A DNA stretch of 55,524 nt, filler included, from Bacteriovoracaceae bacterium (GCA_018649885.1; 3 parts of 3 records of this genome joined end to end with filler, not necessarily neighbours in it); one strand, 5' to 3'. Positions 29,149 to 39,900 are shown, counted from the whole stretch's first letter. The notes: generated from the letters alone by a model not told the origin. A program made the numbers and translations.

Positions 29149-29295
29149 TGGAGTGCATCATCCGTGATGATGCGTATTAAAGCAGTGACACGGTCACTGC
29201 ACTCCAAAAAAAGATTAACTCATTCCCGCACTCTGCATGGGAATGAAATATTTGACACATAAAGTCATTCTTTGTGTCTCTGCGTCTTTGCGTGA
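29149..29295. repeat. Cluster of REP-like palindromes and an 8-nt tandem repeat
   Basis: TGGAGTGCA...TGCACTCCA enclosing two 8-bp hairpins (29149-29206); TCATTCCC...GGGAATGA (29220-29246); CTTTGTGT-CTCTGCGT-CTTTGCGT (29270-29293). Confidence 0.65.
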
Positions 29296-29305
29296 TAATT
29301 TCTGT

Positions 29306-29997
29306 TTAAATCTGTGAACCAACTGCACTATAGTGCGCCTCCCTCTCACTTTCAGGAAGGGCAAGGAATGCGTCGATTGTTCCCAGCATATCTTTTTTGT
29401 CTTCTTTCATACTACCGGACACACACACATAATTATTTCCATGATCGCAAACTACGAAAGTGGAAAGGTTGTCATCAAGTCCTTCAATCAACATCCTTAG
29501 TTCCAGAACAGTTCCTTCAGCGGTTTGCGGCTGGAAAGCACCAGTACGAATTTCTGATAATAGCGGAGATTCAGGACCTGAAAACGTATTGTCACTTCCA
29601 TACAACCACAGTCTTCTAACCCTGACAAATTCAGGTTCTGTTTGATTGATGAGTCTGACAGACTCACGAATATGTGTCTGCCAGTGGTCTCTCCCGCCCA
29701 GACCCAGGAGTACATAGAAGGATATTTCAATACCGGCTTCCTTCAGCCATGCAGAAGTCTCTTTGATCATTTCAGGAGACTGCCCTTTTCGGTGATAGCG
29801 CAAGGTTTTGATGTCTCCGGATTCAAGACCGATATGCACCCGGTTCAGGCCTGCTTGAGTAAGAACCTTGATAGCGTCCTTTTTCAGCTTCCATAGTGTC
29901 GACGCCCTTGCATAGCAGGTAAGCCTTTTTATCGGAAAAACCTGACGAAGATATTCGGCAATTTCTACAAAAGTATCAATACCCGCCTGTAGCGGAT
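29306..29997 (-). CDS. Radical SAM protein, C-terminal part (5' end lost in the gap)
   Basis: Frame is open to the gap: ...CYARAS...AGLNRVHIGLESGD...LLGLGG...DHGNNY. Confidence 0.8.
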
Positions 29998-30097
29998 NNN
30001 NNNNNNNNNNNNNNNNNNNNNNNNNNNNNNNNNNNNNNNNNTTAATTAATTAANNNNNNNNNNNNNNNNNNNNNNNNNNNNNNNNNNNNNNNNNNNN
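29998..30097. other. Artificial contig linker
   Basis: Same 44 N + TTAATTAATTAA + 44 N design. Confidence 0.99.
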
Positions 30098-30170
30098 GAG
30101 GACTTGAACCTCCACACCTCGCGGCACTAGATCCTAAGTCTAGCGTGTCTACCAATTCCACCACTTGGGC
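30098..30170 (-). tRNA. tRNA-Leu(TAG), 3' end lost in the gap
   Basis: GCCCAAGTGGTGGAATTGGTAGACACG; anticodon arm CTAGA-CTTAGGA-TCTAG; long variable arm; GTTCAAGTC T-loop. Confidence 0.95.
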
Positions 30171-30237
30171 ATATTTAATTCAAAGATCAACTTTCTATCA
30201 AGCTGGGTAACTGTCGCCAACTCGGTTCTATACTATT

Positions 30238-30317
30238 GTGTGCTACCATCTACCCTCGCTCGAAGTCAAAAACAGACTTATGTCTGTTTTTGTGGCTCCA
30301 GCCACTTGGGCATATTT
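30238..30317 (-). repeat. Degenerate copy of the tRNA-Leu 5' end with a 48-nt hairpin-bearing insert
   Basis: CCACTTGGGCATATTT occurs at both 30161-30176 and 30302-30317; 11-bp hairpin at 30267-30292. Confidence 0.75.
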
Positions 30318-30389
30318 TATACAAAATTAGTTAAAATTTGGTTTGATCAACTTATAGATAATTGCTGGAGATGACAAGTGAGAAAGTGC

Positions 30390-33300
30390 TTAGGCAGCTT
30401 TTTTGTGCTTTGCAACTTCTCTTTCTAAGGCAGCCATTTTGTTCTTCATAGCTGTTTGTTCCGACTTAAATTTGGCCATATGCTTCTTCGCGTCAACGAG
30501 TTCCATAGAAGTTTTTCTGAAGTTCTTTTCCGCTTGCTCTTTTTTCATTTCGAGTTGCTTCAACTGATGCTTGATTCTGGGATCCATGGCTCCCTCTTTA
30601 GCACCTGCACCACTCCCACCAGATGATTTCTTAGCCAATTTTTCCAGTTTTTCTGATTTTTGTGTTGCTAACTTTAGCTTATGCTCTAATTTTTTAATCT
30701 CACGACTAAACACTTTTAATTTGCCCTCACTCTCTTGAAGCTTACCAACAGCTTCCAACTTCTCTTGCAAAAGAGATGTCGACTTCTCTGATTCCTTTTG
30801 AAGAGCTGCTTTTTCTTTTGCCAAAACCGAGTTGAGATTTGTTTGATCTCCCTGCGAAGTTTCTTTTAGAAGCCTCAGTTCTGCTTGGGCAGACTTTAGC
30901 TCTCCTTCAAGGCTAGAATTTTCACCCTCCAAGGCATTAACTGCGGCTTCTGAGTTACCACCAGCCTTAACCGTCTTGGCCACCACCCCTGCTGCCGGTG
31001 CATCGCCAGCCTGACCAAGCTGCTTTTGTAACAGCTTAATTTTACTTTGAAGGAGTGAATTCTCTTTTTTGAGATTCCCTTCTATTGGATCAACCTCCCT
31101 TTCAGAAATTGGGTTTCCAGACTCAGAGGCCTTGAGCTTTTTCTCAAGTTCAGCAACCTGACTTTTTAATTTTTTTGCCTCACCACTTTGGTCTTTATCA
31201 CTCAGCTGAGCCTCTAGTGCTTTATCCGCCAGACCTGAATCAGCCAATTCTCCTGCGTTTATAGCTTCATTCCCACTACTTCTCCTGAGCTTAAACTCTA
31301 ATGCTTTTACCATTTTTTCTAAGTCAGTTTTTTCCTTATTCACAGCTGAGAGTGCCACCAATGTGTTCTTTCTTTCATTCTTAGCTCTTTGTAATTCTTT
31401 TTCCATTTTTAAATCAGCACCAGATGACCCAGCTGCTGATTTAGTCTTACTTAGCATTCCTGTTAAATTTGCCACTTTTCTTTTTAATACATCTACCTGC
31501 TTTCCGTATGCATCTCTTTGAGTTTTAACTTTATTTACGACATCATCTGACCCAGTATTTTTAGACATTTTGTTTTGTCTTGCGAGGTGATCAATTCTAG
31601 ATCTTAGAGTTTGCATTTGTTTTTCTTTTCTCTCTAAGATAGTGCTGACACCTTCCTTTGTTTTTACCAGCATAAGCTCTCTTGCCTTTACTAACCTTTT
31701 TGCCCCTTCAATCTCCCGTTTTAGAAAATTAGATTGAGCATCATTTGCTGACTTCAATCTCTTTAATTCATTGACTGCACTAGTTGCAGTTAATGTGCTA
31801 TGCCTTCCTTCTTCAGCTAATCTTTTTAAATTTTCAACTTCAAAATCGGTTAAGACCTTTCCTGCTTGTAATTTTTCTATAACATCACTTGAGTCCTCAA
31901 GTATTTTTTCACTATTCTCTAATTCATTTATTGTTTCATCACTAGTCAATTGCTCAATAGTTTTTTCTGAATCTTCTCTTTGAGTTTCACTCTCATCAAG
32001 TTCTTCATTCATTTTATTAGTTGAATCATCTATGGCCTTTTTTGTTTCTCTATTTGTGGCCACTTCAATTTTTGCAGCATTTAATTTATTTTGAAGATGC
32101 TTAATTTGCTTTTCTTTTGTTTGAAGCTCTTTCATCATCTTAATTTTTAAAACTTTATCTTCATTATTTTCAATAACGCCCAGCACATTTTCATTAAACT
32201 GCTCTGAGACAACCTTATCTTTAGAAAGATTTATGGCTTCGTCGACAAGTGGTGCGATATCCGCGACTTTAACTCCAAGTTCTGAAGCAACCTTTTCTGA
32301 CAAATGGCTTCCCATCTCTTTTAGACTCCAGCCCTTGTCTTTCATTTTCTCCATTTCATCACCCAAAATTCGGTGAATCATTTCTCCATCAACCCCTTTT
32401 CCTTTTATTCTCTGGGCATCATCTCTATTATCATTAGGTCCACCTTTGATTCTCTGAGAATCATCTCCATTATCATTAGGTCCACCTTTGATTCTCTGAG
32501 AGTCATCTCCATTATCACTTGGACCACCTTTAACTCTTTGAGCATCATCTTCATTTTCTGCAAATCCACCGGCTACTTTTGTGGAGCCTTCATCATCTTG
32601 ATCACGACTTCCTTTGACTCTAGTTGCATCATCTCCATCATCTTTACTTCCATTTACTTTTTGAGCTGAGTCATCATCTTGATCCCGACTTCCTTTGACT
32701 CTAGTTGCATCATCTCCATCATCTTTACTTCCATTTACTTTTTGAGCTGAGTCATCTTCATCAAACTTTCCGCCTACAACATTTTTTTCATTAGCAAGAG
32801 CATTGGCATCACCTTCAATTTTTTGAACTTCTTCTGGAGTTAAACCTTTTTTGACTTGCTCTCTTAGTTTTTTATTATTTTTAAGCTTTTTGGCAGACTT
32901 TTTACCTGCAGTAACTTTATCGACCAAACTTTCGCTTAATCTTTCTTGTACATTTGTAATATCCTCTTCTGAAGCCTCTCCTCCTTCAACAAGAGTGATG
33001 TACTCTTCAACCTCATTTTCAAATGCCTCTCTTTCTTCTTCACCCATATCTTCAGGATTCAGCCCTAACTCATCCAACATTTCAGAGGCTAGATCTTTTT
33101 TCGCCTGATCTTTGGTTTTATTTTTTAGAAGATCGGCCACACTTTTTGCACTTAACGCTTTTTTGGCCTTCTTAGCAAGATTATCCTTAACAACTCTTTT
33201 TTCTTCATTTAAATAAGCAGGTGAGCCTGCAACTACAATGGCCTCATCTTCATCCCCGCCAAATAAACTAGATCGTCTAGCTTGACTTGGAGCACCTTCT

Positions 33301-34784
33301 TCACCTTCATCCAATTTTTCAGTGAGCGCTTTTGTTAAGCGATCTGCCATAGACTCTTCAATATCTATTTTTGCTAGTTCTTTTAGTTGTTCATCAGCCT
33401 CTACTTCCTCTCTTTTTTCTTCAACTGCTTCTGCAATTTCCTCTGCAAAACCTTCCTTAGCCATGGCGTCAGTAATCATACTAAAATCGCCAAGTGATAA
33501 ACTTTCGATTAAACCTGGGTCCCCAAAATCGGCAAGGTAATCTTTCAGCTTAGTGGGATCGAACTCTCCCTCTTCATATTTATTTTGAATATGATTGATA
33601 ATATTTTTTAAGCTTGCTGGATCTTTTGCGAAAACATCCCCTTTCCCAGCAACCGAAATTACATCAATAATTCCACCAGGAAGCTTCTTCTCTTTAAGCT
33701 CCTCTTCAATCGCCATATTATTTTCTTCAATGGCCAAACTAATATTTGAAATTTTTGCATTTGCTAAAGCATCCATCTGGGTGGCGGAAGTTAAGTTTCC
33801 AATTCCCATGCTATTAAATGTGATATTTTCCATTTGATCATTCTTAGGCCAGATAGCTGTAAAAACAATCTTTTCAGATTTTTCAAGATAATATACGTCA
33901 AATAAAGGTGCTAAGTTCGAGCAAGTATTTAGTAAGAACTTCGTAGGATCACTTGGGTTTTCACTTTCAAATGATCCCCAAATATATTCAGTCACAAAAT
34001 CTTTAACTGAAATATGCATTTGAATTAAGAACTCACTTGCTCCTCTTCCATATTCAACTTCAATTGGAAGCTCCCCTATGCCTGATTTTTTCAAATACAT
34101 TAAATAAGAAATAAGTGACAAAAAATAATTTCTAATGCCAATTATATTAAAATCTTTTTCAAATGCGTCTGCGGCAATTAAATCTGAATAGAACCCTACT
34201 CTCAGATGATTAATCACTTTAGCAGTTTTAACGTCCTTGATTTTATCACCAAAGGCTTCATCTAAATGTAAACTTGTTTTTTCATCTACAAGTCTTTTAA
34301 GAACATTTCGGGAGAGATCTTTAGTCATAAACCATGGGTTTAAAATTAACTTCCCATTATAACGTAAAAAATCTTCCTTATTGGCGACATCGCTTAGAGA
34401 AATAATCGATATATCTTTAGCTAGGGTCTGGTACATCTCATCTATTTTCGAATAAGATCCTTGATGGTTTTTTATACAGATAAAAGAAATCTTTACATTT
34501 TCCTCAGATACATCGTGAATAACTTTTAAACCTAAGCTACTAAAATAATCAAAAACATCCTGTCTGATATCTCCAGATAAATTGAGTATATATCTGATGC
34601 TTTTCTTCTTCTCTTCATCAAGCTCAACATCTTCAATTAATTGCTCACCTTCTTTAAGTGTGGCAGCTTCCCCCTCCCCTGTCTGTGTTGAGGGTTGCAA
34701 ATTAGCGGTGCTATCAGTCTCACTTTCTGTAGTGACCTGAGTGCTCTCCTGGGCAATGTCTGATTTTACATCTTCATCACTCAC
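30390..34784 (-). CDS. 1464-aa protein: N-terminal globular region, acidic tandem repeats, long C-terminal coiled coil
   Basis: Long ORF; no signal peptide or TM segment evident; K/E/L heptads over the last ~600 aa. Confidence 0.85.
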   Translation of the reverse strand: MSDEDVKSDIAQESTQVTTESETDSTANLQPSTQTGEGEAATLKEGEQLIEDVELDEEKKKSIRYILNLSGDIRQDVFDYFSSLGLKVIHDVSEENVKISFICIKNHQGSYSKIDEMYQTLAKDISIISLSDVANKEDFLRYNGKLILNPWFMTKDLSRNVLKRLVDEKTSLHLDEAFGDKIKDVKTAKVINHLRVGFYSDLIAADAFEKDFNIIGIRNYFLSLISYLMYLKKSGIGELPIEVEYGRGASEFLIQMHISVKDFVTEYIWGSFESENPSDPTKFLLNTCSNLAPLFDVYYLEKSEKIVFTAIWPKNDQMENITFNSMGIGNLTSATQMDALANAKISNISLAIEENNMAIEEELKEKKLPGGIIDVISVAGKGDVFAKDPASLKNIINHIQNKYEEGEFDPTKLKDYLADFGDPGLIESLSLGDFSMITDAMAKEGFAEEIAEAVEEKREEVEADEQLKELAKIDIEESMADRLTKALTEKLDEGEEGAPSQARRSSLFGGDEDEAIVVAGSPAYLNEEKRVVKDNLAKKAKKALSAKSVADLLKNKTKDQAKKDLASEMLDELGLNPEDMGEEEREAFENEVEEYITLVEGGEASEEDITNVQERLSESLVDKVTAGKKSAKKLKNNKKLREQVKKGLTPEEVQKIEGDANALANEKNVVGGKFDEDDSAQKVNGSKDDGDDATRVKGSRDQDDDSAQKVNGSKDDGDDATRVKGSRDQDDEGSTKVAGGFAENEDDAQRVKGGPSDNGDDSQRIKGGPNDNGDDSQRIKGGPNDNRDDAQRIKGKGVDGEMIHRILGDEMEKMKDKGWSLKEMGSHLSEKVASELGVKVADIAPLVDEAINLSKDKVVSEQFNENVLGVIENNEDKVLKIKMMKELQTKEKQIKHLQNKLNAAKIEVATNRETKKAIDDSTNKMNEELDESETQREDSEKTIEQLTSDETINELENSEKILEDSSDVIEKLQAGKVLTDFEVENLKRLAEEGRHSTLTATSAVNELKRLKSANDAQSNFLKREIEGAKRLVKARELMLVKTKEGVSTILERKEKQMQTLRSRIDHLARQNKMSKNTGSDDVVNKVKTQRDAYGKQVDVLKRKVANLTGMLSKTKSAAGSSGADLKMEKELQRAKNERKNTLVALSAVNKEKTDLEKMVKALEFKLRRSSGNEAINAGELADSGLADKALEAQLSDKDQSGEAKKLKSQVAELEKKLKASESGNPISEREVDPIEGNLKKENSLLQSKIKLLQKQLGQAGDAPAAGVVAKTVKAGGNSEAAVNALEGENSSLEGELKSAQAELRLLKETSQGDQTNLNSVLAKEKAALQKESEKSTSLLQEKLEAVGKLQESEGKLKVFSREIKKLEHKLKLATQKSEKLEKLAKKSSGGSGAGAKEGAMDPRIKHQLKQLEMKKEQAEKNFRKTSMELVDAKKHMAKFKSEQTAMKNKMAALEREVAKHKKAA
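32403..32756. repeat. Intragenic tandem repeats: 3 x 42 bp and 2 x 81 bp
   Basis: 42-bp units start at 32407, 32449 and 32491; 81-bp units start at 32590 and 32671 with one mismatch. Confidence 0.92.
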
Positions 34785-35934
34785 CGACAGCTTTCTCCTC
34801 TTCTGCTTCTACTTCAGTACCAATAGGTTCTATATTTAGAATTCCATCTTCATTTGTTACTCTAGTTACTAATTCAAAACTTTTATTTGAACACATTTCT
34901 TTTTCAATACGAGAAAAGACTCTCTTGCATGGTAGGTAATCTAGAGCTGTGTTTGCTTTAAGCTCATCGATTTGATCTTTTAAAAATCCTCGTGCATCAC
35001 CTTTTTTAGATAAAGTCTCAGCATACGAAACGAGGTGATCTACAAACATTGGGATAGTTTCCCATTCAGAGAGATCATCATGTAAAAGCTCAAGTGGAAA
35101 CCCTGTCCCCATACCATTTTCATGATGTCTTAAAATAAGTTTTACAACTTCAGGATATTTAAACTTGCTCTCACAAGTTACCAGTACCTTTTCAAATCCA
35201 TTTTTAGGATGATTAAGAAATAGGTCAATCTCTGATTGAGATGCCCTAGATGCCACCAAGTGATCTCTCCCAGTTCCAGGTTTAATTCTTTCAACCTCTA
35301 AGGCCTCAATAACCTTGAATGGAATGGTGTCATCACACAACCCGTAATCGAGTAAAAAGCAGGCATGATATACATCTTTTAAAAAATCAAAGTCTGTATA
35401 GCCAAGGATTAAGGCAACAATCACCCCAAGTGCACTAACCCTCTGGGCACGGTCATATATGACAAGACTCTTATCCATAATTTGGGTTACTACTTTTTCG
35501 TCCAAATCAAAGAATACACTCATACAAATAAGAGAGAGATCTAGGAAGCTAATATCATCATTGCCATCCCATAGAAAAACTTTAACCCAGTTAATAAATT
35601 CATTGCGGGCCAAATAAGCTTCTTCTTCATTTTTAGAGATACGTAATTTTTTTAATAGGGCAGATCCATCTTTAATTTTTTTATCATCTTTTATGACGAA
35701 GCAAAAAAATGATCGAAGTCCTTTGTTTGTGTATTTTACAATCCACTCTTTATCGATGTAGCCTCCACCTTTGAGTAAACAAATGGGTGGCATCTTTGCT
35801 TTCCTGGGAATAAAAAATAAATGGCCTGGGGCTATATTCATTTTTAGCAGATCATCAAAACTAATAGTCTCTAGTTCTGATTCATCTACATCCCGATTTA
35901 ATAGTTCAATAAAAACTTTACCGTCCAAAGGCAA
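34777..35934 (-). CDS. Degenerate HD-GYP-like protein
   Basis: LLDYG in place of LHDIG; NHP and HHENGMGTGFP retained. Confidence 0.75.
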   Translation of the reverse strand: MPLDGKVFIELLNRDVDESELETISFDDLLKMNIAPGHLFFIPRKAKMPPICLLKGGGYIDKEWIVKYTNKGLRSFFCFVIKDDKKIKDGSALLKKLRISKNEEEAYLARNEFINWVKVFLWDGNDDISFLDLSLICMSVFFDLDEKVVTQIMDKSLVIYDRAQRVSALGVIVALILGYTDFDFLKDVYHACFLLDYGLCDDTIPFKVIEALEVERIKPGTGRDHLVASRASQSEIDLFLNHPKNGFEKVLVTCESKFKYPEVVKLILRHHENGMGTGFPLELLHDDLSEWETIPMFVDHLVSYAETLSKKGDARGFLKDQIDELKANTALDYLPCKRVFSRIEKEMCSNKSFELVTRVTNEDGILNIEPIGTEVEAEEEKAVGE

Positions 35935-36046
35935 TCCTCCATGCTATCTATCGGATTTTTTTAGGTTTTAACTTAAAAAAATGCCGACTAATTTAGCCTT
36001 GGCCGAGTGGAAAATTCAGGTATGGAAATTGGGAAAAAGATCGATT

Positions 36047-37018
36047 TTAATTCGGGTGAAAACACCTAAATTCATGTGTTTGAGACACTTCCGTCACTCC
36101 CGGATATTTCACATGGCACTTGTCCGAAACACTCGGGCATCTTGGGTGAAAATGACAGCCAGTAGGCGGATTCATGGGAGATGGCAATTCACCTTTTAAA
36201 ATGATTCTCTGATGCTTTTTCTCAGGATTAGGAATTGGTATCGCTGAGATTAGGGCATTGGTATATGGATGCATTGACTTCCCATATAATTCAGAACTTT
36301 TTGCACTTTCAATTATGCTACCGAGATACATTACTGCAACTCTGTGTGAAATAAATTCTACGACTTTAAGATCGTGAGCGATAAATAAGTAAGTAAGACC
36401 CAACTCTTTTTGCAGATCCATCATAAGATTAACAATTTGGGCCTGAACAGAAACGTCTAGTGCTGAAACGGGCTCATCACAAACAATAAACTCGGGTTCA
36501 ACAGCGAGGGCCCTAGCAATACAAATTCTTTGACGTTGACCACCACTAAATTCATGAGGATATTTATTTATTGCATCTTTTGGAAGTTGAACAAAATCTA
36601 AAAGCTTGTGAATTCTCTTTTCTTGATCAGCACTTTTAGTAGCAAGGTTGTGAATAAGCATTGGCTCTGAAAGAATTTTCCCAACGCTCATCCTTGGATT
36701 TAAAGAAGCGTAGGGGTCTTGAAAAATGACCTGCATTTTTCTTCTCATGGCCTTGAGCTCTTGCCCGTTCATTTTAGTAATATCTTGCCCATCAAAAATA
36801 ACTTGGCCACATGTTGGCTCATGCAATCGAAGAATTGCTCTTCCTAATGTAGATTTTCCACACCCCGACTCTCCAACGAGGCCTAGTGTTTCGCCTTTTT
36901 TAATTTTAAAGCTTACATCATTGACTGCTTTAACAGAGCCAACTTGTCTACCTAGGATTCCGCCTCTTATGGGGAAATGTTTAGAAAGATTATTTACTTC
37001 AAGTAGAAACTCACTCAT
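36047..37018 (-). CDS. oppF: Oligopeptide ABC transporter ATPase
   Basis: GESGCGKST, FSGGQRQR, DEPVSALD, C-terminal Cys cluster. Confidence 0.93.
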   Translation of the reverse strand: MSEFLLEVNNLSKHFPIRGGILGRQVGSVKAVNDVSFKIKKGETLGLVGESGCGKSTLGRAILRLHEPTCGQVIFDGQDITKMNGQELKAMRRKMQVIFQDPYASLNPRMSVGKILSEPMLIHNLATKSADQEKRIHKLLDFVQLPKDAINKYPHEFSGGQRQRICIARALAVEPEFIVCDEPVSALDVSVQAQIVNLMMDLQKELGLTYLFIAHDLKVVEFISHRVAVMYLGSIIESAKSSELYGKSMHPYTNALISAIPIPNPEKKHQRIILKGELPSPMNPPTGCHFHPRCPSVSDKCHVKYPGVTEVSQTHEFRCFHPN

Positions 37019-37030
37019 AATTTTTTCCTG

Positions 37031-38020
37031 CTAAATGGGATTAAAACAACTCACCATGTGATTATGGTTATCAAGAGATCTCAAACATGGAGCCCCTTGT
37101 CCGCCTCGACACTCTTCTTTGACATTGAAACACCTGTCTTGGAAATAGCAGCCTTGTGGAAGATCTAAAAGTGAAGGAACAATCCCTTCAATAGTTGTAA
37201 GACGTTTTTTTTCCTCTAATGATGTTGAATCAAAAGATGGAATCGATGAAATAAGACCTTTTGTGTATGGGTGTCTTGGATTTTTAAATAAATCCACCAC
37301 ACTGGCCTGTTCAATAATTTTACCACAATACATAACAGCAACATCATGACAGACCTCTGCTACAACTCCCAGGTCGTGGGTAATCATGATAATGCCCATG
37401 CCAAGTTCATCTTGCAGTTTTTTCATTAATTCTAAAATCTGTGCTTGGATTGTGACATCTAGAGCTGTTGATGGCTCATCAGCAATTAAAACTTCTGGCT
37501 CACAAGCGAGGGCCATGGCAATCATTACCCTTTGTCTCATCCCGCCAGAAAGTTGATGTGGATACTCTCTCACTCTCTTTTCAGGAGAGGGAATCCCCAC
37601 AAGATCAAGCATCTCAATAGCTTTGTTTCTTCTTTCAACTTTAGATAATTTTTCATGAAGAGCAATGACCTCTTCAATTTGGTTTCCAACTGTAAAAACT
37701 GGGTTGAGTGAAGTCATAGGCTCTTGGAAAATCATCCCAATTTTATTGCCTCTAATTCTTCTCATATCCAAGTCTGGAAGGGTTAGAATATCTTCACCAT
37801 TTAGCTTAACTTCTCCTGCCGCTATTTCTCCAGGAGGTGTCGGAATAAGTCTCATAATAGAAAGAGCTGTAACAGACTTTCCTGAGCCAGATTCACCTAC
37901 AATCCCAAGAGATTTTCCTTTGAATACATCAAATGAAACTCCATCAACTGCAGTGACCATGCCTTTAGGTGTATTAAATCTGGTAGTAAGGTTTTTTACT
38001 TCTAATATTTTTTCATCCAT
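37031..38020 (-). CDS. oppD: Oligopeptide ABC transporter ATPase
   Basis: [20 protein letters not shown]. Confidence 0.93.
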   Translation of the reverse strand: MDEKILEVKNLTTRFNTPKGMVTAVDGVSFDVFKGKSLGIVGESGSGKSVTALSIMRLIPTPPGEIAAGEVKLNGEDILTLPDLDMRRIRGNKIGMIFQEPMTSLNPVFTVGNQIEEVIALHEKLSKVERRNKAIEMLDLVGIPSPEKRVREYPHQLSGGMRQRVMIAMALACEPEVLIADEPSTALDVTIQAQILELMKKLQDELGMGIIMITHDLGVVAEVCHDVAVMYCGKIIEQASVVDLFKNPRHPYTKGLISSIPSFDSTSLEEKKRLTTIEGIVPSLLDLPQGCYFQDRCFNVKEECRGGQGAPCLRSLDNHNHMVSCFNPI

Positions 38021-38024
38021 CTCT

Positions 38025-38945
38025 TTAGTCCTTACCCTTTAATTTGGGATCCAGGGCATCTCTTAGGGCATCTCCCAATAAATTAAATGACAGCACAATA
38101 AGAAACATAAAAAGAGTGGCTCCAGCAAGTTGCCAATAAACCCCTCTAGATAATTCTAGCTTTGCCTCATTGATCATAATTCCCCAACTAGGTTCTCCGC
38201 TCACACCGAGACCTAGGTAAGATAAAATAACCTCGGCCTTAATTGCAGTCTGAAACTGCAGAGAAAATGTAATAATCACAACATGTAGTACATTTGGAAT
38301 AATATGAAGAAATAACATTCTAAAGTGAGAAGCCCCAACTGCATTAGCGGCTTGAACATACTCTCTTTCTTTGTGACGAATAACTTCTGCTCTTATTAAA
38401 CGGCACAGCCCCACCCAACTTGTTAGCCCCAAGGACAAGCAAACAGATTTAAGTCCCCCGCCGCCAACAAAAGCAATGGCAGTCACAAGCATAATCCACG
38501 GAATGGAAGAAAAAGTGGTGTAAAGCCAGACGATAAACTCATCAACCCTTCCACCAAAATAGCCTGCAATCGCACCTAGCGTAAGACCAATGGGAATAGA
38601 GATCATGGCCGCAAAAAAACCAACAGTCATAGCAATGTAAATACCATGTATACATTTTTGTAAAACAGATCTACCAAAAATATCGGTCCCAAATAAGTGG
38701 TTGATTGATTTAAAACTTGGCGCTTCATAAGAGCCGCCAATTTCCACCGCCCAATCTCCACCTAAAATCTCAAACCCTGAAAGAGTAGCTAGAATTGCGT
38801 AGAGAACAACCATCACAAGTGAAGCTGTTGCCATTTTATCTTTTAAAAGCCTTTCGAACGCATCTTGCCAAAGAGACTTAGATTTTTCATATAGCTTCTC
38901 ATCATTAGGTAGAGCGCTGGATTGTGATTCTACATTTGTCGACAT
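38025..38945 (-). CDS. oppC: Oligopeptide ABC permease
   Basis: [11 protein letters not shown]-like loop, [10 protein letters not shown]. Confidence 0.92.
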   Translation of the reverse strand: MSTNVESQSSALPNDEKLYEKSKSLWQDAFERLLKDKMATASLVMVVLYAILATLSGFEILGGDWAVEIGGSYEAPSFKSINHLFGTDIFGRSVLQKCIHGIYIAMTVGFFAAMISIPIGLTLGAIAGYFGGRVDEFIVWLYTTFSSIPWIMLVTAIAFVGGGGLKSVCLSLGLTSWVGLCRLIRAEVIRHKEREYVQAANAVGASHFRMLFLHIIPNVLHVVIITFSLQFQTAIKAEVILSYLGLGVSGEPSWGIMINEAKLELSRGVYWQLAGATLFMFLIVLSFNLLGDALRDALDPKLKGKD

Positions 38946-38958
38946 TTCAACTCCCCCC

Positions 38959-39900
38959 CTACTTAAGTCTGACTCTTGGATCTACTACTGTGTAGAGAAT
39001 ATCCGAGAGTAAATTAAAGATAATATAACCAACTGAAATAAAAACTGTCATGGCCTTGACCACAGGAAAGTCCTGATCATAAATGGCCTTAACCAAAATA
39101 CCTCCAAGCCCTGGAATACTAAAGAAGGTCTCAATAAGGAGAGCACCTAAAAGCAGAAAGGGGATTTGAATCACCACATAGGTGATAATAGGTATTAGTG
39201 CATTTTTAAGAACATGCTTTAGAAGTACATATGGCTCTGAAAGACCTTTGGCACGAGCTGTCCTTACATAGTCTTGATAAATTTCGTCCAACATAATAGT
39301 TCTAAAGAACCTCACATCAGGTCCCAGAGATAAAATAAGCCAAATAATAATGGGCAAGCTAACGTAGGGGAGAAAATCAGGAAAACCATATTCATATCCC
39401 GAAATTTCAAACAACCCCAGCTCATAGGCAAAATACCACTGGCAAAACAAAATATAGGCAAGCGAGGAGATGCTCATCCCGCAGATACAAACAAAGACCA
39501 CGAACTTATCAATATAAGTCCCGCGATAATAAGCCACCAGCAGAGATATCAAAATTCCCAGGACAGTACTTATAAAAAAGCCAGGAAGTGTAAAACTCAA
39601 GCTTACTGGAGCTCCCTCTCTAATCATTTCTGTTATCAGTTGCTTACTTTTCCAAGAACGGCCAAAATCAAAAGTCACCGCAGATTTAACCACATCCAAA
39701 TACTGCATATAAAGTGGCTTATCGAGACCCAGCTCTTTTCGAAGCTCCATCGCCCTTTCTTCACTGGCATGCTTACCAAGTAGTTGATAAGTCGGATCAT
39801 CATTTAGAACATTGAATAGTAAGAATACTATGAATGTGACACCGAAAAGTATGGGGATAACGTAGAGAGTTCTTCTTAGGATATAAACCCAGATATTCAT
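38959..39900 (-). CDS. oppB: Oligopeptide ABC permease
   Basis: GLDKP, DYVRTARAKGL, DPRVR. Confidence 0.92.
   Translation of the reverse strand: MNIWVYILRRTLYVIPILFGVTFIVFLLFNVLNDDPTYQLLGKHASEERAMELRKELGLDKPLYMQYLDVVKSAVTFDFGRSWKSKQLITEMIREGAPVSLSFTLPGFFISTVLGILISLLVAYYRGTYIDKFVVFVCICGMSISSLAYILFCQWYFAYELGLFEISGYEYGFPDFLPYVSLPIIIWLILSLGPDVRFFRTIMLDEIYQDYVRTARAKGLSEPYVLLKHVLKNALIPIITYVVIQIPFLLLGALLIETFFSIPGLGGILVKAIYDQDFPVVKAMTVFISVGYIIFNLLSDILYTVVDPRVRLK

Noticed and set aside
24042..30170. Genomic island integrated at tRNA-Leu
   Set aside because: The tRNA and the foreign-looking contig are separated by an artificial linker.
32403..32756. Possible CRISPR array
   Set aside because: Units are contiguous multiples of 3 inside a long ORF, with no unique spacers and no cas genes.
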